Positions 33,007 to 38,188 of a DNA stretch of 38,188 nucleotides are shown piece after piece. The DNA comes from an uncultured Verrucomicrobiota bacterium. Its GTDB lineage: Bacteria; Verrucomicrobiota; Verrucomicrobiia; Limisphaerales; UBA9464. Numbering within the stretch: the first letter of the stretch is position 1; each line of letters begins with the position of its first letter. The notes under the pieces were generated by a model that saw only the letters and a program-made list of their open reading frames with translations, made no database searches and was not told where the DNA came from. The position numbers were made by a program, and so were the translations under genes. Location of the stretch: positions 1 to 38,188 of the forward strand of contig CAIOKD010000244.1 in assembly GCA_903858835.1 (NCBI GenBank), given 5' to 3'.

Positions 33007-36000
33007 GGGGTCAGGGTGATCTCGGCAAGCCCCGCTGCCACGGGTACCCGACGCACTGCGCCTCCGGGCCATCGGACCTCGACTTCCCCGGCGGCGCGGT
33101 CCGAGGCCAGGACCGTCACCGGGCTGTCCACGCTGCAGTAGCCTCCGCCCATCCGAATCTCGCGCCGCGGCCCCGCCTTGCCGGCGGCCCACCACCGGAG
33201 GGAGGCGCCGATGCCGGCCGGGTTGCCAGGAGGCCCCTTCAAACGGACCCTGAGACCCGGGCGCGCAGTCCGGTTGCGAAAAAGCAGGGTGGGACCGCTG
33301 TTCTGGCCCAGGGCCAGATCGGTCCGTCCATCGGCATCGAGATCGGCCACGGCCACTCCGCGCTGATCCCCCCAGGCCATCAACCCGGAGCGTTCCTCCG
33401 CCTGGAAATCCCCGTGACCGTTCCCTTTCAGCATCAGGCCACGTCCGGCGTCGAATCGGGCATCATCGGCATGGATGCCGAAGTGGTTCTGCGAGAGAAC
33501 GAGGTCTTCGGTGCCATTCCCGTCGAAGTCGGCCACCGCCAGGCCATAGGCGGGCGCCAGTTGGGCCCTCGGCGGCAATGCGCGCCATTCGAGGTGATCC
33601 CCGCGGTTGAGAAGGACGCCCGAATCGAGATTCAGCGCCGAGACGGTGGGGAGGGTCTTCAGGAGAGGCCCGAACAGATCCTCCATCGATGCCTTGCCGA
33701 AGCTTTCCGAGTCGGGAAAACGGGCGGCAGCCTCCGGAATCAACCCGGCCAGAGCCGGTCGTTTGCGGACGGGCCAATCCCGCCCATCGGCTCCGACATA
33801 GCTCTCGAGGACATCCCAGAGACCATCGCCCTGGAGATCCCCATGGCGGATTCGAAGCGGACGATGCGTGGCCGAGGCCCCCAGAAAATGGTTCCTCCCC
33901 CAGTTGCCCACGGCCAGGTCCATGCGCCCGTCGCCATCGAAGTCGCCGGCGGTGATGCCCAACCACAACCCCGTCCAGTCCGACAACCGCTCGACCTCCT
34001 TGGGCAAGCCAGCGCCACGCAAGGGGGGATCCCACGGCTCCAGCGCGCCCGCGCGATTGCGGAAGAGTCGGACAGGGCCCCACGAGGTGGCGACGGCGAG
34101 GTCGGGCTTGGCATCGTCGTCGAGGTCGGTGAACACCGCCCCATGGACCAATCCGAGTTTCTCGAAACTCGCTTGGACCCCCAACCGTCCGCCCCGGTTG
34201 CGCACCAGCAGGGAGGTCGCCGGCTCCGGATAGCGGCCCGGGACCTCCCGAACCCCGACGAAGATCTCCAGTTCGCCGTCACCATCCACATCGGCCGCGG
34301 CCATGGGACCGACCGGGCAGGCTCGGCCGCTCAGGACCTCGCCACTCATCCCGGACGCAGGATCGACGATCCGGATCGCACCTCCATTGGTGGCCCCGTC
34401 TTCCGCATTGCTGATCCCCGCCAGGATCATGCCGCGTAGCACCATCACGGTAGTCAGGTCTCGCGAAGCGGGCTTGAGGAGGGCAGGGGTCGTCAGCGCC
34501 GAGAATCCCCCATGCGCATCGTTGGTGAACACAGCGAGCGCACCGCCCTGCCCGGCCGAGACGAGCAGGTCGTCCCAACCGTCGGCATTGAGGTCGGCCC
34601 ACGTCACGCCGGGGCCCGCCTGGCTCAGGTCGAAGGGTTTCAGGGGTTGGCGGCCGAACTCGTCGAACGGCGTGTCAGTATGGACATGGGCCAACCTCCC
34701 CGAAACGTCTTCGAACCAAGGGTCGGCGACCACAGGCTGGGCCGCCGGCGCGGTGTCGGCCTCCCGAATCTCAACGACGCCCGGGGCCAAGCCGGAACGT
34801 CGCGTCACCCGCCCGTTGCGCCAGGTCACCTCGACCTCCGCATCGGGGGCACTGCCGAGGGCGAAACATCGGATCGCCTCGTCGCCCGACAGGTAGCGAC
34901 CACCGGCGATCATCTCCTGGGACTGGACCGGGAGGCCCCGAGCCTTGACCCGGATCTTGGCGCCGATGCCCCGGGAATTCCCGCCCGCCCCGCGCAACCG
35001 AGCGGCCAACCGGGGAGCGGTGGCCTTGTTGCGATAGACCTTGGCCGGGCCGTTCAGCGTATTGAGCACCAGATCCAGGTCGCCATCGCCATCCAGATCG
35101 CCCGCGGCCATGCCATGCTCGACCCCGGGGGCATCGAATCCCCAGGCCTGCGTGACATCCTCGAATGTCAGGTCTCCCCGATTGCGGAAGGCGGCGTTGG
35201 GCGTGTCGAGCCGGGCGAACATCCGCCGCATGTCCAGCATCTCCCGATGACCCATCGCACGCCCGGATTTGCGGGCCTCGGCCCGGGCGGCCACGTCGAC
35301 GTCCAGCATGTCCATCTCGTGACCGTTGGAGACCAGCAGGTCCTCGTAACCGTCGAGGTCGACGTCCAGGAAGATCGGGGTCCAAGACCATTCGCTGGCG
35401 CTGAGTCCGGCCAGGCGGCCGATTTCGGCAAAGGTCCCGTCGCCCCGCCCGAGGAACAAGGTGTTGTGGGAAAACTGCGGGCGATCGTCCCAAACGCCCG
35501 GTTGGTAGAACCCGGGGGGCACCCCGTCCATCTGGGTGTTCCGGCGCCGGTGATCGCGACTGAGCATGTCGAGCACGAGGAAATCGTCGATCCCATCGCG
35601 GTCGATGTCCGCGGCATCGATGCCCATCGAGAAGGCGCTGGTGTGGCGCAAAACCATCGGCGCCGCCGCACGGAACCGCAGAGTTCCTCCCGGGGACGTC
35701 TCGTTGATCCAGAAACGGTCCTCGGATTGGAAGTCGTTGCAGACGTAAAGGTCGGGCCGGCCGTCCCCGGTCAGATCCCGGAACAACACGCTCAACCCCC
35801 AATCCTGGGGTGCGGAGTCGAGGGGACGTCCCGTGAAGGTCAGGAAGGCGCCACCGGTCCATGATACTTCCGAGAAACCTCCCTTTCCGTCGTTCAGATA
35901 CAGCACATCGGGCTCCCCGTTCTCGCGGGGCCCACCCGGGGTCATTGTGAAGCGACCCACCAGTTCCGGCTCGGCGGTGGATCGCCCGTTGTAGGCCACG

Positions 36001-36614
36001 ATCCGCTGGCGCCCGTTCTCCTCGCGGACGGAGTACTTGGCCCCGGGATCATCACGGACCGTCTCCTTCCGATAATTGACCACGTACAGATCGAGGTCTC
36101 CATCACCATCGGCGTCGGCCAGCGAGAGGCTCGAACCGGCACGCCCCGGGTTCAGTATCGCCCCCGGGGTGAAGCGCCCCGACCCGTCGTTGAGGTGGAT
36201 CCGGGTTCCCTGGCCCAGGGTGTTGAGGATCAGGTCGAGGTCGCCGTCGCCGTCGATATCTGCGAAGACGGCCCCGGTCGCCTCGAGTGAGGAAAGCGCC
36301 CCGCCCCCGAAGGCCAGGTCGGTGACGCGGTCGAAGCGCCAGTTCCCCAGGTTGCGGAATAGGGCGCTGCCGCCCGAGTACGCGGCAAAGAAGACCTCGA
36401 GCCGACCATCACCATCCACATCACCCAAAGCAACGCCCGAGCCGTTCAGAGGGATCTGGTTGGTGAGATAGCGCGAATCAGGGACCCGGTTGGTGAAGGC
36501 CAGCCCGGTGGATTCCGGCACCAAACGCTCGAAACCGACCGCCGGCCCGCCCCAGGCGACCCGCAAGGACAGCAGGCCCAGTAGCACGGCCAGAATGGCA
36601 CGTCGGGTGGACAC
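33003..36614 (-). CDS. CRTAC1-family protein: (FG-GAP/VCBS repeat propeller + ASPIC/UnbV domain) x2 (paralog A)
   Basis: This lies within track ORF 33003..36821, whose first 69 codons overlap dnaA. The first in-frame ATG/GTG/TTG after the dnaA stop is GTG 36614-36612, giving (V/M)STRRAILAVLLGLLSLRVAWGG as a signal. It has the same architecture as paralog B: NSRGIGAKIRVKARG...GGRYLSGDEAIRCF...EVTWRNGR and NPAGIGASLRWWAAG...GGGYCSVDSPV...EVRWPGGA. The start codon is the least certain part of this call. Confidence 0.8.
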   Translation of the reverse strand: MSTRRAILAVLLGLLSLRVAWGGPAVGFERLVPESTGLAFTNRVPDSRYLTNQIPLNGSGVALGDVDGDGRLEVFFAAYSGGSALFRNLGNWRFDRVTDLAFGGGALSSLEATGAVFADIDGDGDLDLILNTLGQGTRIHLNDGSGRFTPGAILNPGRAGSSLSLADADGDGDLDLYVVNYRKETVRDDPGAKYSVREENGRQRIVAYNGRSTAEPELVGRFTMTPGGPRENGEPDVLYLNDGKGGFSEVSWTGGAFLTFTGRPLDSAPQDWGLSVLFRDLTGDGRPDLYVCNDFQSEDRFWINETSPGGTLRFRAAAPMVLRHTSAFSMGIDAADIDRDGIDDFLVLDMLSRDHRRRNTQMDGVPPGFYQPGVWDDRPQFSHNTLFLGRGDGTFAEIGRLAGLSASEWSWTPIFLDVDLDGYEDLLVSNGHEMDMLDVDVAARAEARKSGRAMGHREMLDMRRMFARLDTPNAAFRNRGDLTFEDVTQAWGFDAPGVEHGMAAGDLDGDGDLDLVLNTLNGPAKVYRNKATAPRLAARLRGAGGNSRGIGAKIRVKARGLPVQSQEMIAGGRYLSGDEAIRCFALGSAPDAEVEVTWRNGRVTRRSGLAPGVVEIREADTAPAAQPVVADPWFEDVSGRLAHVHTDTPFDEFGRQPLKPFDLSQAGPGVTWADLNADGWDDLLVSAGQGGALAVFTNDAHGGFSALTTPALLKPASRDLTTVMVLRGMILAGISNAEDGATNGGAIRIVDPASGMSGEVLSGRACPVGPMAAADVDGDGELEIFVGVREVPGRYPEPATSLLVRNRGGRLGVQASFEKLGLVHGAVFTDLDDDAKPDLAVATSWGPVRLFRNRAGALEPWDPPLRGAGLPKEVERLSDWTGLWLGITAGDFDGDGRMDLAVGNWGRNHFLGASATHRPLRIRHGDLQGDGLWDVLESYVGADGRDWPVRKRPALAGLIPEAAARFPDSESFGKASMEDLFGPLLKTLPTVSALNLDSGVLLNRGDHLEWRALPPRAQLAPAYGLAVADFDGNGTEDLVLSQNHFGIHADDARFDAGRGLMLKGNGHGDFQAEERSGLMAWGDQRGVAVADLDADGRTDLALGQNSGPTLLFRNRTARPGLRVRLKGPPGNPAGIGASLRWWAAGKAGPRREIRMGGGYCSVDSPVTVLASDRAAGEVEVRWPGGAVRRVPVAAGLAEITLTP

Positions 36615-36663
36615 GAGTGGAGGGTGTCCGGCCGCAGGCAGGGTTTCCAGTCGAGATATCGGA

Positions 36664-36685
36664 CGAGGTTTCGACCGAAACCTCG
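36664..36685 (-). terminator. Perfect 10+10 inverted repeat downstream of dnaA (terminator-like hairpin, weak U-tract)
   Basis: CGAGGTTTCG (36664-36673) and CGAAACCTCG (36676-36685) are exact reverse complements separated by 2 nt. The repeat begins 20 nt after the dnaA stop codon (36706-36708), inside the 91-bp gap before the next gene. Confidence 0.35.
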
Positions 36686-36705
36686 GCGTGGCCGGTTTGC
36701 CCGGT

Positions 36706-38112
36706 TCAGCGGGTGAGCTGCTTCTCAAGGTAGCCCACGTCCTGACGGACCTTGGACTCCACCTCCATCCGGTCGCGGACCTGACGGCAAGCGTGCAAGA
36801 CGGTGCCGTGGTCTCGGCCACCGAAGGACTCGCCGATAGCGCAGAGTGAATGCTCGGTGAGCTGCCGGGTGAGGTACATGGCGATCTGGCGGGGGAAGGC
36901 GATGTTCTCGGGGCGCCGCTTGCTCGTCATGTCGGCCAAGCGGATATCGAAATAATCGGCCACGCGCTTCTGGATCTCCCCCACCGAGATTGCGACCTTG
37001 CCTTCCTCCTGGAGGATCTCCCGAAGGAGGGTCTCGACCGTCTCAAGGTTGAGCGGTTTTCCGGAGATCTGGGCGTAGGCGGCGACGCGCACGAGAGCCC
37101 CTTCCAGTCGGCGGATGTTGGTCCGGATCCGGTTGGCCAAGAAGAGGATGATCTCCTCGGGCAGGTTCACACTGAGCGCGGCGACCTTTTTGTTTAGGAT
37201 GGCCAGGCGGGTCTCGACATCCGGAGCCTTCAGGTCGGCCGTCATTCCCCACTCGAATCGGGAGATCAGACGCTGCTCCAGGCCCTGGATCTCGTTGGCG
37301 GGACGGTCGCAGGTCAGGACGATCTGCTTGTGGGAATCATGCAGGGCGTTGAAGGTGTGGAAGAACTCCTCCTGGATGCGCTCCTTGCCCTGCAGGAACT
37401 GGATGTCGTCGATCAGCAGTACATCGAGCTCGCGATGCTTCTTCCGGAACTTCGTCAACTGGCTGTTCTGAAGAGCTTCGATGAACTCGTTGGTGAACCG
37501 TTCGCAGGAAAGATACCCGATCCGCGCGTTCTTCTTGTTGGCCAGGACATGGTGGCCGATCGCCTGCAGCAGGTGGGTCTTGCCGAGGCCCACGCCCCCG
37601 AATAGGAACAGGGGATTGTAGGTGTGACCGGGCTTCTGGGCCACGCCCATGCAGGCGGCGTGCGCGTGATGGTTGTTGGCACCGACCACGAAGGTCTCGA
37701 AGGTGTTGTTCGGGTTGAACAAGGATTCCGACTTGCGGGCACCCTCCCGGTTCTGTGGGGCCGCCGATTCTTGGGCCTTCGCCTCGGCGTGCACCGATCG
37801 GACCTTCGGGGCCGCCTCGGTCACGGTTTCACGCTGGACCGGTGTCTCTACGCAGGCCTCGCCGGTGCGAATGGCAAAATTCACCTGAATGGGTCGAATC
37901 GCCACCCGGCTGACCACCGAACGTAGGACATCCAAGTAGTTGTCCTTCAACCAGAACTCGCAGAACTCATCGGCGACCTCGAGGGTCAGGGTGTCGCCAT
38001 CAAGGCAACGGGCGGTCACCGGGGCGAACCACAGGTTGTACAGCTCCGTCTTGAGCATACCACGGAGAGTCTGCTGGGCAGCCTGCCACAGTGCTTGGGG
38101 TTGATCGGACAT
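36706..38112 (-). CDS. dnaA: Chromosomal replication initiator protein DnaA
   Basis: Track ORF of 468 aa with ATG at 38112. It has Walker [12 protein letters not shown], Walker B/sensor blocks [26 protein letters not shown] and [12 protein letters not shown], and domain IV blocks [13 protein letters not shown] and [12 protein letters not shown]. Confidence 0.97.
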   Translation of the reverse strand: MSDQPQALWQAAQQTLRGMLKTELYNLWFAPVTARCLDGDTLTLEVADEFCEFWLKDNYLDVLRSVVSRVAIRPIQVNFAIRTGEACVETPVQRETVTEAAPKVRSVHAEAKAQESAAPQNREGARKSESLFNPNNTFETFVVGANNHHAHAACMGVAQKPGHTYNPLFLFGGVGLGKTHLLQAIGHHVLANKKNARIGYLSCERFTNEFIEALQNSQLTKFRKKHRELDVLLIDDIQFLQGKERIQEEFFHTFNALHDSHKQIVLTCDRPANEIQGLEQRLISRFEWGMTADLKAPDVETRLAILNKKVAALSVNLPEEIILFLANRIRTNIRRLEGALVRVAAYAQISGKPLNLETVETLLREILQEEGKVAISVGEIQKRVADYFDIRLADMTSKRRPENIAFPRQIAMYLTRQLTEHSLCAIGESFGGRDHGTVLHACRQVRDRMEVESKVRQDVGYLEKQLTR

Positions 38113-38153
38113 GGGATATTGAAAGGGCCCTGGAATTTGGACGTGGTTCAGAT

Positions 38154-38162
38154 TTATTCACT
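38154..38162 (+). promoter_or_regulatory. DnaA-box-like 9-mer upstream of dnaA
   Basis: TTATTCACT matches the relaxed DnaA box TTATNCACA at 8 of 9 positions. It lies 42 nt upstream of the dnaA ATG in the only AT-richer stretch at this edge. Only 76 bp of upstream sequence is in the window. Confidence 0.25.
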
Positions 38163-38188
38163 GTCCCCACTCACAGGACAAATAGGTC

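Noticed and set aside
33007-33195. N-terminal 63 codons of track ORF 29278..33195
   Set aside because: This part overlaps the 3' end of the upstream ASPIC gene. ATG 33006 forms a classic ATGA junction and is followed by a good signal peptide.
20223-36000. Further long shadow ORFs (20223..21569, 21645..22730, 23326..24315, 27451..29187, 27998..29629, 29440..30888, 31624..33141, 32850..34439, 34512..35864, 34771..35862 and others)
   Set aside because: Each lies antisense to, or out of frame with, proS, the FAH gene, the PPC gene, the PSCyt1-WD40-PSD1 gene or the ASPIC genes. None has a recognisable motif, and their composition is that of GC-rich non-coding frames.
36615-36821. N-terminal 69 codons of track ORF 33003..36821
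   Set aside because: The first 39 codons overlap the 3' end of dnaA out of frame. The remaining 30 read through the post-dnaA hairpin. The signal-peptide-like sequence begins only at GTG 36614. The exact start remains uncertain because CTG codons occur just upstream.

Overview
This is a GC-rich chromosomal window. Its gene families (Pirellula/Verrucomicrobium-type membrane-bound dehydrogenase domain, PSCyt1/PSCyt2/PSD1 proteins, DUF1501, ASPIC/UnbV FG-GAP giants) point to a PVC-superphylum bacterium, either Verrucomicrobiota or Planctomycetota. The window ends at dnaA (36706..38112, minus), so it lies next to the replication-origin region. I support 20 protein-coding genes, 2 tRNAs (Lys-TTT, Glu-TTC) and several stem-loop terminators. 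One gene is cut by the left edge and is missing from the ORF track because its frame has no stop in the window. Housekeeping genes are dnaA, proS, ruvC, mog, cutA and an FAH-family hydrolase. The remaining genes mostly encode exported proteins of poorly understood function. They are: a Tat-exported Gfo/Idh/MocA oxidoreductase and a Tat-exported xylose-isomerase-like TIM barrel next to a PVC heme-type dehydrogenase; two PSD1-family/DUF1501 gene pairs; a 1054-aa multi-lectin protein with an internal 471-bp tandem duplication; a DUF2892-MFP-RND efflux operon divergent from cutA; and two tandem paralogous ~1200-aa ASPIC/UnbV FG-GAP proteins directly downstream of dnaA. I saw no rRNA, CRISPR, transposase, integrase, phage or recognisable defence genes. 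Most long ORFs in the supplied track are antisense or alternate-frame shadows typical of GC-rich DNA. The best candidate for an undescribed system is the ~14-kb co-directional block 22516..36614. It has five exported proteins: two ASPIC giants, a PSCyt1-WD40-PSCyt2-PSD1 protein, DUF1501 and a double-PPC protein. Its junctions are ATGA and GTGA overlaps, a 1-nt gap and one 108-bp gap. Secondary leads are a ~200-aa jelly-roll-like insertion inside a PSD1 domain, a candidate periplasmic oxidative sugar module, and the Cys-tailed DUF2892 gene heading an RND operon that lacks an outer-membrane factor gene. All family assignments come from motif recognition by eye. No searches were run, and all identity estimates are visual.
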